A DNA stretch of 64,000 bases from Balanoglossus misakiensis. Taxonomy: Eukaryota > Animalia > Hemichordata. The translations under genes were made by a program, and so were the position numbers. The notes beneath the pieces were generated by a model, which saw only the letters and a program-made list of their open reading frames with translations, was not told the origin of the DNA and ran no database searches. Shown here piece after piece: positions 44,601 to 57,730 of this stretch. The number at the start of each line of letters is the position of its first letter. The stretch's first letter is position 1. The stretch lies in assembly GCA_040954595.2 (NCBI GenBank), contig CM082579.2:12711834-12775833 (forward strand), written 5' to 3'.

Positions 44601-47600
44601 TAACAGGAAGTCCAGCTACTTTCCAAAGATGTATGGAGAAATGCTTGGGGGACTTACATTTGAATATTTGTTTGGTATACCTGGATGACATCATAATCTT
44701 CTCCCGTACTTTCGAAGAACATCTAGAGCGGTTAGCCCAGGTCCTGGATAGATTAAAGGAAAAGGGACTGAAACTTAAACCCAGCAAGTGTCAGTTGCTA
44801 AGATGTCGAGTGAAGTACTTGGGACATGTAGTATCAGAAGGAGGAATCGAAACAGATCCAGATAAGACAGCAGCGTTGAAGAAATGGAAAGTACCTACGA
44901 CCGCCAAAGAAGTAAAACAGTTCCTTGGGTTTGCTGGTTACTACCGCCGATTTGTGGAGGGATATGCTAAGTTAGTGAAGCCCCTGAATGAACTGACAGT
45001 TGGTCTACCCACAAAACGGAAACACCAGGCTGAGAACCGAAGACGTGTCCCGGAATTCAAGTGGACTGATGAACATCAACAGGCATTTGATGCCGTAATT
45101 GACAGACTAACGAATCCTCCTGTGTTGGCCTATGCAGATTATACGAAGCCCTTCGAGTTACACATAGATGCAAGTTCCATTGGCCTGGGTGCTGTGCTAT
45201 ACCAAGGAGAAGGGAAAGAGAAGCGAGTTATCATGTATGCAAGCCGGTCACTTTCAAGGAGCGAGAGGAACTATCCATCCCATAAATTGGAGTTTCTGGC
45301 CTTAAAGTGGGCAGTATCTGAGAAGTTCCACGACTATCTCTATGGGCATAAATTCGTTGTGGTAACTGATAATAATCCCCTGACTTACGTGAACACAACC
45401 GCAAAACTGGATGCCACTGGCCATCGGTGGTTAGCAGCACTAGCGACCTACAATTTTGAGTTGATGTACAGACCTGGACGAAAAAACCAAGATGCTGATG
45501 GACTTTCCCGACAAGGATGTGTTGGAGAAATGGATGTGGATGAAACTTAATGAACAAGGAACCAGTACGAGTGTCACCTGATGAAGTAAAAGCCATGAGC
45601 CAACATGTGTCCAACAGTCCCTGGGTAGAAGCTATAAAACATGTATGCAGACAGCAATTCCAGAGAGTTTGGGTGAACCTCCTGTAGCTCCAGGAATGAT
45701 TTCCTTACCAGCAGTAACCATGCAAGAGTGGAAACAATTACAACAAACGGACCCTGAAATTGGACCGCTATATCGATTCTGTGAACGGAAACGGCCTCCT
45801 ACAAAAGTGGAAAGAAGCCAAGAAACCAATGGTGTGAAAGCAGGACTGAGGGAGTGGAGCAGATTATGTTTCAGACAGGAGGTGTTACACAGAAAGCGTA
45901 CTGGAATGGATGGAAAAACGAAGTATCAGCTGGTATTACCTACAAAATATCGTGGGACGGCTTTGGAAGGTGTACATGACGATGTTGGACACTTGGGTCA
46001 AGAACGCACCCTGGAACTACTCAGAGCGAGGTTTTACTGGCCCTTCATGAGCCGAGATGTCGAACAGAAAATAAAGACGTGTGAAAGATGCACCCGACGG
46101 AAACTGCAAAGCAACCAGCAAGAAGTCGCTCCACTTACCAGCATCAAAACAACCCAACCGCTTGAATTACTATGTATGGATTACTTAACCATTGAAGACG
46201 GAAAAGGAGGAGTAGCCAGTGTCCTCGTAATAACTGACCATTTCACCAGATATGCAGTAGCAATTCCAACTCCAAACCAAAAGGCCAAAACAACAGCAGA
46301 GTATTTATATACACACTTCCTCCTTCACTATGGATTCCCCGGGAAATTACATTCGGATCAAGGCAGAGAGTTCGAATCTCGGGTCATCAGACAACTCTGT
46401 GATTTGGTGGGAATTGAAAAGAGTAGAACGACGCCATATCATCCGCAGGGGAATGGACAATGCGAACGATTCAACAGAACCCTTCTTGACATGCTGGGAA
46501 CATTACCAAGACACAAGAAAGCAGAATGGAAGAAGCACATTACTGCTGTAGTCCATGCCTATAATTGTACCCGAAATGACAGCACCGGATTTGCTCCTTA
46601 TTATCTGATGTATGGTAGGCACCCCAAACTGGCCATCGACGTATATATGGGTCTACAATCGGAGGAAGCGGAAGACAACAACTATGACGAGTATGTTAGT
46701 AAGATGCGGAACCGATTGGCGGAAGCTTACAAGTTGGCAGTGACCAAGGCGGGTGAGCTGGCCGATCAGAATAAACAGCGTTATGATAGGAAAACTACAG
46801 AAGCCCTACTAGAACCGGGAGATGTAGTACTGGTGAAGAACGTGAACCTACGAGGCAAACAAAAGATAGCCGATAGATGGGAAGCACAACGTTACCGGGT
46901 GGTAAAAAGAGTGAATCCAGATATCCCTGTGTATGTTGTAAAATCAGAGGGACCAAATGGAAAGGAAAGAACACTCCACAGAAATCTTTTGTTACCATGC
47001 AGTTCGTTACCTATACCCTATCCGGACAGACCATTGAAACAAAGCCAACAAGAAAACACAAGTCCGAAGGAACTAAGAACTCAACGACAAAAGAAGGAGG
47101 AAGACGACAGAGACCTGTATGAGACAGAAGAAGAAGAATTTTGGGAACTCCTCATTCCTGCCCAACAAACTGATAGTAAAGGTTTAGTGCCAAAGTCAGT
47201 ACCAGAGAGATGTCTGAATTCAACCAACACTACATCGACAACAGTGCAGAAAATCGCAGAGGTGACTTCCAGTGGTGTAGAATCAGCCACAGAAGAAAAT
47301 TCATCCAATCAACTGATGCAGAAAACAGCCGATGTGACTTTCACCAGTTCCAATATAACCACAGCCACAGAGGAAGATCTACCAGATCAACTGAGGCAGA
47401 ATTACACTGCCGTGGATGAAATAGCCGATACTATATCTACCGAAGTTGGTGGGGAGGACGAAGAAACCGTTGACCCGAATGCAGTGAGTGAACAAGAGAC
47501 TGAAGTGAGTGACAGAACCTTGCCGAGACGATCGAGTAGAATCCGCAAACCTCCAGACAGATTTAGTTATGCACATATCTTCAATGAAGATTCCAACCGC

Positions 47601-47696
47601 AGAGACCCAACCAGTACGCTGTTACCCATGTTCTTGCAAGTGATGGAAAGTCTACTACGCCATGACAACGGGAAATTGGCCAATGGGCACCATTGA
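41638..47696 (+). pseudogene. gag-pol of element B (PNMA-like capsid, 2 CCHC knuckles, PR, RT, RH, IN), disrupted
   Basis: PPRLSTFSG..FELWKYEV; CYNCREQGH and CYNCGEVGH; LIDTGSQVT; YLDD; HIDASSIG; HSDQGREFES. Frame change ~42750, in-frame TGA at 43328, frame change ~45550. Confidence 0.9.
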
Positions 47697-47788
47697 CAAC
47701 AAATGGATGTTCTACCCGCAGACAGTACGGATATGATGCCAGTTTGACCGCAAAGGTCGGGACGACCTTTTGATAAACGGGGGGAGTA

Positions 47789-49288
47789 TGTAACATAATG
47801 ATATTTTGGCCCATCCGGACGTGGGGGGCGCTAATTAATGACACACCTGGTACACCTGGGTACACTCTTTGCGCCAATAGAACTGCCGTATTCATCCGCA
47901 CCACAGTATTTAAGTCTGGTGTGAAGGGTCGGGGGGAAGTCTTCCTGGGGCAGCAGCGGAGCTGAACGGAATTTCTGTGAGTGCTTCCCGACTTCGGACA
48001 TTGCCAGCGGAGCTGAACTGAATTGTGTGAGTGCTTTCTGAATTCGGACATTGGCAGCGGAACTGAACAGAATTTCTGTGAGTGCTTCCCGACTTCGGAC
48101 ATTGCCAGCGGAGCTGAACTGAATTGTGTGAGTGCTTTCTGAATTCGGACATTGCCAGCGGAACTGAACGGAATTTCTGTGAGTGCTTCCCGACTTCGGA
48201 CATTGCCAGCGGAGCTGAACTGAATTGTGTGAGTGCTTTCTGAATTCGGACATTGCCAGCGGAACTGAATGGAATTTCTGTGAGTGCTTCCCGACTTCGG
48301 ACATTGCCAGCGGAACTGAACGGAATTTGGTGAGTGCTTTCTGAACTCGGACATTGCCAGCGGAACTGAACGGAATTTCTGTGAGTGCTTCCCGACTTCG
48401 GACATTGCCAGCGGAGCTGAACTGAATTGTGTGAGTGCTTTCTGAATTCGGACATTGCCAGCGGAACTGAACGGAATTTCTGTGAGTGCTTCCCGACTTC
48501 GGACATTGCCAGCGGAGCTGAACTGAATTGTGTGAGTGCTTTCTGAATTCGGACATTGCCAGCGGAACTGAACGGAATTTCTGTGAGTGCTTCCCGACTT
48601 CGGACATTGCCAGCGGAACTGAACGGAATTTGGTGAGTGCTTTCTGAACTCGGACATTGCCAGCGGAACTGAACGGAATTTCTGTGAGTGCTTCCCGACT
48701 TCGGACATTGCCAGCGGAACTGAACGAAATTTTTTGTGAGTGCTTCGTGAATTCGAACTGCCAGCAGAACGGAACGTAATTGTCAATTGTGTTTGTCTTT
48801 CATATTTTTTTGACAACTTTATTTGGATAGAATTAAGGACGTCAGCAGAACTGAACGTTGACCGTTAATTATCAATTGTGTTTGTCTTTCATATTTTTTG
48901 ACAACGTTATTTGGATAGATTTAATGACGTCAGCAGCACTGAACGTTGACCGTTAATTATCAATTGTGTTTGTCTTTCATATTTTTTGACAACGTTATTT
49001 GGATAGATTTAATTACGTCAGCAGAACTGAACGTGGACCATTAATTAGCAATTGTGTTTGTCCTTCATATTTTTTGACAACTTTATTTGGATAGATTTAA
49101 TGACGTAATATATCTTCATAAGAAGAAAAACCTATAGTGTATTGTCTTTTCTGCTTTCTGCCCCCCACCCACCTATAATTCATATGTACCGGAAAATTGT
49201 CAATCACCGAACCCCAGACTGACTGCCCGTAGAAATATTTTATGTTTTCATGCTCATTCCAACGTTAGCCGGAACGAAAGTGGCTACA
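47789..49288 (+). repeat. 3' LTR-B (1,500 bp) with a ~50/51-bp array (15 units + 1 degenerate) and an ~88-bp array (4 units)
   Basis: Same anchors as the 5' LTR; the unique parts are near-identical. Confidence 0.92.
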
Positions 49289-52200
49289 CATCGTAATAAT
49301 CATACGGGTGGACGTTATAACTGCCTACATGTAGATCTACCTCATGGGAGCACTCTTTGCTTTTTATTAATGAATTGATAACAGATTATTTTAACTTTTC
49401 ATCCTCAAATCACATGCAATGACATTTATCAAAATATTAAACCTTTATCGGACAGATCAGTGTGCCATGTCTTGGCGTGATTCCTCAATGCCCCAGGCGT
49501 AATGTTCTTCACCTCTCTTCCAATTTGTTTGGTCACTGTAATGAAGCAGAAATCGACAAGTTGGAAAATATGCATAAAACATTTTTAGTATGTGGAAATA
49601 TTTAATATACACAAAATCTGGGGAAATGTGCTACATAGTGTATACATTTTACTGATATGTTTATTTAATTTATTGATGAATTAAAGTGTCGTTTGAGTTG
49701 CCGGTCTCTGGACGATCTCCTCTCAGAAATTTGTTCATAGATGCATTTCTGTCTTGTGCATGGATTTTGACTGTTACATCTGTGGAAAACGCGACGCATT
49801 ATTTCCAAATAATAATATTTGTCTGCTTTGTGCCACAATAAACATTTCATGAAGACTTATGGTCCATCAACATAACTGAACCACTCACCACGTTCGTCCG
49901 CCCAGTCATAGAAGCGATGCACACCTATAATATCATGACGTTGTGTACACAGGGGTCATCATCTCTAGTGATACAGGCTTTGTGCAAACATTTATGAGTT
50001 CTGGTTCATAAAAGAGAGAAAAATGCAATGTCACTTTCGGAATATAATACTATGTGACAATTCACTTAAACAAACCTACAGAAAATCAAACGCTCGTAAT
50101 TTATTTCACTGTGCATTGACACAAATGAAAAGTTTTCATAAAATAAATATTTGTTCCCATTTTCCTAGATTTTATTCACTTGTTTAACCCATTCAAAGTG
50201 TTTGTTTGTGCAAACTTGCTTAGTACGAGTTCTCTGTGTTGAAGTTTGAATGAATTGTATCAAACGTTGCCCATGTGTATGCCTTGTCCAAAATTGATGT
50301 TTACATAAATTATGTTCAATATAGTGTCTAGTAGAATGTTGATAAAAGGAGAGAAAAAGGGTAGTTGGCACTAATTGGCTGTACTTACCTGTCACCGAGA
50401 AACACAATATCACTCTGTTTGGCATTTTTCCGAGTCACATGCCGAGCATCAGACATTATTTCAATGGCACCTGGTCTTTCCGTATCATAAGATGCTATCT
50501 CCTAGAAAAAATTGAGTACAAAATATGATTATTTCAAACCACCCTGTAGCCGTCATGGTAAACTCCAAACCTGGTGACGCTATAATTATCATAATATGTT
50601 GTCAACGATACACACAGAGATTGCCAAGAAATACAATGTTCATCTTTTGGTTTCAAATTTTTCAGTTATGGTGGGTTTGCCACAGAGAAATCTACTGTCT
50701 ATGGTTCTACAAGTAACGTACAAAGTTATATTTCAAAACATCTTATATCGTATGGATACATGTAACGCCTGTTTACCTCGAGCAAAGCATCGTTTCTTGA
50801 CTCTTCAGCAGCTTGTTCAACTAGTGGGCCATAACCACATAAGAGTGAAAGAGAATCGGGGAAAGTACAAGAAAGTTAGTGGTGAACAGGGCATAAATGG
50901 GAGATCTGTATTGGAAAAGGCAGTAACTGTTTGTAAAATAAGTGTTAAAGGATTTTCACGATCAATGTTATACTCGCATGTCTTCCTGTAAGGCAGTTGA
51001 AGGATGCCCAAGTTAGTAGTCTTGCAAATGGCTTCGTATTGTGTTTTCAGGACACCACTGGTTACCACTGCATGGAGCATCCTTTCAAGAAGTAAAAAAA
51101 ACCAACATTAGTATATTTTAGTGACTAGAATACGAAACGAATAAAAAACAGTTAAATATTTTGACCGGTCACTTTATACAATATATCACCATGGACTGAT
51201 TTGCATGTTTTTCATCAAATCTGCATCAAATTGGCAATATAATGTACTACTAGTACACGAAACACGGGTTTGGCAAAATCTACAGTAACTTTATGACTAG
51301 AAAGTGGCGTGTTACAAGTATACTAACCTGTAATTGACCTACAACCTGCTGTTCGGTAGCGTCGATGAAGAATACCATGTCCATCAATGCTTTATACTTT
51401 GGCTGCTACGACGACCGGCATGGCCAATCACGTTGGTCCGCACACACTTCAGACTGCCATCACAGCATCGTCTATGCTCCCCAATACGCGCAACGAGATT
51501 ATTAACTGATGTCGCAGTACACAGAAACATGTTCTCTCCTGTCTTATTCCTGGCTGTCTCTTGGTAACAAATACTGACGTTGTCTTCAAGGGTGGATGCT
51601 TCACACCTACGGCCGGGACTATTCTTCGTCAGAAAGAGGTTGGTAATCTCAACCAGAGCGTCATAATTGGAAAATTGCCAGCTATGTTCCCCAAGAAGCT
51701 CGCCTATTCGAGTGAATGTCGTTTGGAGTTCTGTCTTCGCGGCCGCAGTTGGTGCCGAAAACTCTATAGATCCACGCTTGTTGTTGTCACGTGTTCGGCG
51801 TTGATTTCGTTCTCGGATTGCCTCACGTGTCTCGGAAGGTCGAACGCGTGAAACTTCTCTCTCCATCTCTAAGCTCACAATTTTAGATTGAAAAATACTC
51901 AAACATTTACCTAAAAGTATGTAAGCTAAGAAAAATAAATGACTATCTGAATTTTGAACAATACACGAAAACAATAATATACCAATTGAAATAAATTTCC
52001 CGATGAAAAAAACAAACTTTAAAGGTTAAAAGTAAGACTATCGTACTAAAAATATAAAAAATATCAAGGAAAACAGTATTGATTTGAACTTGAGCTAAAC
52101 TATAAAATACAAAAAGGCTTAGTCGAACTACTATCAGAATAAAAAAAGATAAATAAATAGTATGTATAACGATATGAAAATAAAACGATGTGGAAATTTA

Positions 52201-52801
52201 CCTAACTAAAACGACAGCGGAAGCAAAACTCTTCAGGCGAGGCGAATCAGCGTAAGAAAACAAAATCAGAAACGGTATGATAATGTGTGAGAAATCTCGT
52301 TTTATTTATACTGTATGAAGGAAGCCATGGACGCTAAAACGGTAAACTTAGTCACTGGCTTGTCTGGGATAGAACAAAACGTGGGAAGAGGGGCGAATTT
52401 AGGCACGGAACTTCTACAGGTGTCTGACAAGGCTGTCATTCTCACCTCACAGCCTTGCCAGGCCATACACATCCTGTTGTTACCAGTGGACCAAATGCCA
52501 ATTCAAACTTCAACATGGAAACCTCAGCAATAGGGTCCATGACACTTGGACATTTCAAAAATAAAATCACAAAGTAAATAGTGTTTTCCTGTTATCAAAT
52601 GATTAGAAAAGAAAAGGAATTGATTTATGACAGCTGCAGACAAGGGAGCCATTGTCACGTGCTTGGTTTTTGAAATGTAGAACAAGTAACTTCGTATTAG
52701 TAAGACTCCAAATCATGGCGATATATTTCATTTACATAATTGTGAAAGAAAATTGATCTAGACCGCGATACAGAGAATATCAGGTTGATATTATTCTATT
52801 G

Positions 52802-53245
52802 AACACCTATTGCCTGGCCATGAGGGCCATAGCAGCCGTTTATTACACCCGAGGGGCTGTGAGTTACCAGAATCATATGCTATTTCCCGAGGCCGCAGGC
52901 CGAGGGAAATAGCATATGATTCTGGTAACTCACAGTCACGAGGGGGTAAAAACGGCTGCTATGGCCCGAATATAGGCCAGGCTATAGGTGTTTTATAATA
53001 AACCTCATGCTAACAGCTGGGAAAATCTTGCAATTTTCTCTTGAGGTTGGCAGACGACATCTTCCGCGGTGGCCATTGTGTCAGACGACGCGACGCTGAT
53101 TGACGTGACCGAGTCTGCGCACTCACGCTGGTCACGTGACCGGTTTATATTTTTTCTGCTATTGCCCTGTAGGGTTCATAGTCGATTCTATTTTCCTATC
53201 ACGTGACGGATTCACGGCACAGTATTAGCATGAGGTATATTATAA
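52802..53245. mobile_element. Palindromic non-autonomous element (Crypton-like architecture)
   Basis: ~190-bp imperfect palindrome 52802-52992 with perfect 32-bp arms (52857-52888/52904-52935) around loop gaggccgcaggccga. Second 21-bp inverted pair 52993-53013/53225-53245 (one mismatch). Confidence 0.6.
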
Positions 53246-53669
53246 ATGTGGATATATACTGAATCAACGTTCAACCACACACAACTTCTATCCAACTTGT
53301 AGACACAATAGTGAAAAACTCGCCAAAATGAATAATCAGTGTTTACCATTTATTCATTTTGGCGGGATTTTTACTCTCCTATCCTACAAACGGGATAGAA
53401 GTTGTGTGTTGTTGAATGTGTATTCACTATATATCCACATGAAGAATAACATAAATTGTGTCTTGTGTGAAACATAATTAATGAAAAAAGAGCAGCGAGA
53501 GAGAGACTTATTTCAGAAAGAAGAACAAGCAAAGGAATTATTTGATAATCATACCTCAGCCACATATGACATCTTTCTTTTTCACGGGTGAAAGAATTGT
53601 TTTAAAACCCTGTTAAATTTCCCAGTACTTCCTTGCTACAAGCTTTTATTCCTTTCCATAAACACAGGG

Positions 53670-54410
53670 AATTTGGTGTGGTGTCATACACCATATTGTC
53701 AACGAACACTCGTGGGTTTGGGCATTTGGTCAGGACGTCAGTGAATCCTATCATGGACCATTGACAGAAAGTGAGGACAGTGATAAGGAGTGGCTGGTTA
53801 AGGGGAGTGCAGCTCACAAGGCACTTGTAAACATATCACTGAACAAGCGATTATTGACAATTCAAGGGTGGAATAGTACATCAATTTCATGTACATTGCA
53901 AGCTTCAAGCGGTGACACTGTAGTGCTATTATCCATGGTTTTATCAAACCAAAATATACATGCACATGTGAATCATCAAACTTCACTTGTACGTGACATA
54001 TTCGCAAATGACATAACATGATTTTAAATTGATTGACTTTCCTTGTTTGTCAAAAAATCATTCATTCCACAATGTACAGGAGAATATGCATTTTGCTACA
54101 TTTTTCTTTTGTCAGACAACACAACGCTGGTTCAACATTTTTACAAATCAGAGGGTTGACATTATTCATTTGTATTACTTCTGGGCTACAACCAAAGTAA
54201 AGTACAGATGTAACTAATGGTAAATTTTATGTCTATTTCCAGGAGTACAGCGGAACTTGAAACATTTCAGCAGCATATGCTGATGTACGCTGGAAACAGA
54301 TTTGCACACTTGCCACCTGTTTACAGAGCACGGAACCTGCTGGCTGCACTAGACCACACCGTTCATAATGGCGGAGCTTTTAGACGAAGTACACGCGATG
54401 AAATTATGCA
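53670..54410 (+). mobile_element. C-terminal remnant of a Kolobok(P)-like transposase
   Basis: W.GVIHHIVNEHSW..HGPLTE..KEWLVKGSAAHKAL, then STAELETFQQHMLMYAGNRF..YRARNLLAALDH. Confidence 0.55.
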
Positions 54411-54638
54411 AGTAGATTTTTGTCCTATTGCATTTATTTTAAGATCTTATCATGGGTGTATAAGATAAAAACAATTGATCCACAATACCAGAGGTTTCTT
54501 CAAGAGAAACAGAGACATTTCTTTATTGATTTCATGTTACTCTATATTTTAGATCCACTGTCAACAATATAATGCATAGCAGATTCTGCCACTTTACTGT
54601 GGACAGGAAAACCCTACCTTTGTCATCTTCACATCTCA

Positions 54639-55000
54639 TTATTTTCCATGTCCCAGCCAATTCAAGCTTTCACTTACCACACTTTCAACCTCAGTTAAAG
54701 GGGCATTCTTCAACTTTGTCAACTCATTTTTAACATAACTATCCTGTGGGACGTCATCCAATGTAGGTTTTGCACTGTCTGGCCCAAATACAACAGCATC
54801 AAAAAAGTGCTCAGCAAAACAATGTGGTAGAGGACCCAATGAATTAAAGACATGGCAATCACTTGCCCAGCATAGAAGTATTCATTCTCTTCAATACATT
54901 TTGCTCACACACTGACAGGAAATGTATTTCTGATGTTCATCACCATCAAACAACCCCCTCTGAGGAACCCACATCATCAGTAAATTTGCCAGAGATGTTA
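54639..55000 (-). pseudogene. Fragment resembling a G2E3-like HECT-domain N-lobe
   Basis: GLFDGD...YFYAGQVIAMSL..GPLPHCFA..F pattern across stops/frameshifts; cut off by the HINE at 55009. Confidence 0.4.
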
Positions 55001-55008
55001 TTGCTATG

Positions 55009-55589
55009 TTTTTAGGTCCCATTGGTTTATACCATGGGACTTATGGGATCGGTTTCGTCTGTATGTATGTATGGATGGATGGATGTATGTCTGTATGTCC
55101 GTCCACATCAAAAACTTGAAAACCGTTGCGTGTATCACCTTGATATTTGGTGTGCTGATGCAGGCTGGACTGTAGATGGGAGTTTGTTCAAATGAAGTTG
55201 TCATTGCCAAAATATGCAAATTAGCTGGAAAAGTGTGAATTTGGTCAAAACTTAGTAACTCAAGAAATACTGGTAAGATTGCTTTACAACGTGGTGTGTA
55301 TTTACTTTATTGAGTTGTTTTAATTAGGCAGGAACCCCATCCTGTGATATTTATATACACAGCAAATTCCTGAATGATTACATAACTGGCTAAGTTTTAA
55401 AGAGGCCAGCTGTTCTATTTAGTATATGTACAGTAAATATGCCATTGGCAGCTTATGGGTCAGTCAGTGTTTGCCCATTGATCTCTCGCTATGTGTGTGT
55501 GTGTGTCTGTATATGGCCATGTACTCTGGTGTAGACTTTTTCTTATGTTAGCCCTCAATGGGACCACTGTGTCCTTGACGCGATTTTTT
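55009..55589 (-). mobile_element. Second, shorter HINE/DINE-1-like copy
   Basis: Reverse-complement match to both ends of 16513-17613 (5' box, 3' block, microsatellite, stem-loop) with a different interior. Confidence 0.75.
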
Positions 55590-56640
55590 GTATTTGTTAC
55601 CTGAGATGTATTCAACCGTTTGCCTTTTGGTGTTTTTGCTGCATGGGTAAATGGGGGGATATTTAGTGTTGCCTTTCTTTCAGTTAACTGTTTTCTGATT
55701 GTGAAACCTCGGTCTGCCATTATATCATCCCCCTCTTTAACTAAATCTAAAACTCCACTGTATTTAGTGATGTAGCAATCAGAAGCATTGCCACCCCATA
55801 AATTTGACACAAACGTAAATACACCAGAAGGACTGATTGCAACTAGGAACTTATAAGCATTGTGAGTTTTATAATTGCTCCATGTGCATGCTTGAGCTGT
55901 TGGAGTTGCAGGTTTCTGTACGAATAACTCTGAACAATCTATTATTGCTCTGGTTTTAGGATATTTTCTTCTGAACACTGCAGACATATATTTTTTCACA
56001 AGCTGACGAGATGGCCACTTCAAAAGTGGACCAAGCACCAAATACATATAATTAATCCATGTGGCAAAATTTTGTGACACCCTTGGCTCTGACACCCCAA
56101 ATATATCTGCAACAAAGAACCCAACAGACCCACCTGAAATCGAACAAGAGTTAATAAATATTCCTCATACTTAGATAATTTCCTTGATGGCCCTGTTTTT
56201 TGCACCCTTTTTTGTTTGATATGATTTAGTTTTTGCACTATCTTTTCCCCGCCAATATATAATTTCATTATCTCCAGCACTTAGAATATTAAAAACACCA
56301 TTAAGAATAGAGTGACTGGGCATCCCAGTATATTTGTACACAGATTGATCATCAGATAAGACAGTTTCAAAAAAAAATTCTTTTCTCATTTTTTTGTCTT
56401 CAAGTTTCATTTTAAATTTACTGACTTCACATTTTAGGACATGATTTCCTTGTTTTAATGTTTCCACTTGCTCTCTCATCCTCTGCAGCTCATTCTGTGT
56501 CTCTGCCATCTCTTCTGGTGAAATAATATTTCCCGTGACATCACTTAAGCAGGCAATTTCATCAACAGTGTCAGTAACAGCATCAGATGGCACTTTTTGA
56601 CAGCAGTAAGTGTGGTCGCTGGTGGGAACTGCACACACTT
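55590..56640 (-). mobile_element. ISL2EU/Harbinger-type (DDE_Tnp_4) transposase remnant
   Basis: YKYTGMPS, RKLSKYEEYLLTLVR, RAIIDCSELFVQKP, WSNYKTHN, LWGGNASD, IMADRGF; frameshifted and truncated by the HINE. Confidence 0.8.
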
Positions 56641-56889
56641 CAACACCTGTAACACAAAAACATTAAAAATTAAGTTAAATATAATATGCCTGAACTACTA
56701 ATATGATACCTAAACAGTAGATGTTTGAATTGAGTCAGTATGACATATAGACCAGTTTTCATAGGATCAAACACAACGTAGCAGAAATATTTTTAACCGA
56801 AACAAGATATTGATATAGGTATGTATGTATCTGACGCTGTTGCAAAAATGCCGTCTTTGGTCGAAATAATCCTAGTAACGACAAAATAG

Positions 56890-57730
56890 TGTGGTATGAT
56901 GTGTATTCCCGTAGGATTTTTGTGCTATAATTGATTTTTTTGCTGTTTTGGCTTCTATGGGGACCCAACTACCCGAAATTGATGGGGTGCAATTGAACGG
57001 GCCCCTCCATCATATTTTTCTGGGGGGGGGGGTACTTCCGTTTTGTGGTATGATGTGTATTCCCGTAGGATTGTTGTGCTAAAATAGATTTTTTTGCTGT
57101 TTTGGCTTCAATGGGGACCCAACGACCCAAAAATCATAGCGTGCAATTTTTAGGGCCCCTCCATCATTTTTGTTCGGGGGTCTCTTCTGTTTTGATCACT
57201 CGAGGATATTTGTTCACCTATTTACTCTATTATCATGGGAATTTGGGCTACACTTCCTTTGTTTTTGTTTTTTATTGCTTTGGAGGGGACCCACCTGGCC
57301 AAAAATAATCGGGTGCAAATTATAGGGGCCCTCCACCATTTTTTATTCGGGGGGGGGGGGGCACTCCATTTTGGCCACTCCGAAGTTGTTTGTTGGCCTA
57401 TTTACTCCCTTCTCATAGAATATTCTGCTAAAAATATTATTTTTCTTTGATGTTTTGGTTTCAATGGGGCTCCACCAGAACTAATATGATGGGGTTCAAA
57501 TTTTTGGAACCTTTCATCTTGTCTTGGGGGGGGGGGGGTAATCGTTTCTGTTTTGGCCAATCTGAAGATACTTGTTCACCTATTTACTATACGGTTAGTA
57601 TTGTCGTGGTATTTCTTGCAATTTGGTTTGCTCCTTTGGCTTGAATGCAGACTGACTGCCGAAAAGTGATGATGTGCAAATTGTTGGACCCCTTTACCAC
57701 ATTTTTTGGTGTGTGTGGGGGGGGGGGGGT
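56890..57730. repeat. Degenerate tandem array of ~150-190-bp units with poly-G runs (~5 units)
   Basis: Recurrent ..ggggaccca..tgcaa..gggccc.tcca.cat.tttt..gggggg blocks. Confidence 0.6.

Larger units (their letters stand above)
40017..49288 (+). mobile_element. Full-length but defective Ty3/Gypsy element B
   Basis: LTRs 40017-41504 and 47789-49288 (TGTA...TACA); TSD CATC at 40013-40016 and 49289-49292; PBS TGGCGCCCAACGTGGGGC (tRNA-Lys1,2) at 41509-41526; PPT before 47789. Confidence 0.95.
39660..51866 (-). pseudogene. Decayed multi-exon Kolobok-related DDE transposase-like gene with Gypsy B in an intron
   Basis: Collinear minus-strand coding patches, several with GT/AG borders: ~51330-51866; HAVVTSGVLKTQY (~50990-51083); DARHVTRKNAKQSDIV (~50390-50500); ITRDDDP..QRHD..G (~49880-50020); KIHAQDRNASMNK..NSNDT (~49690-49785); KNITPG..KTWHTDLSDK (~49443-49550); ASIKTHMYW..LDNIVNHYQ (39660-39772, duplicated at 17748-17860). 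Superfamily assignment is tentative. Confidence 0.5.

Noticed and set aside
47581-48816. Long antisense ORFs (411, 294, 258, 228 aa etc.) over LTR-B
   Set aside because: All three minus frames are open only because the 101-bp repeat lacks stops; the peptides are cyclic permutations of each other.
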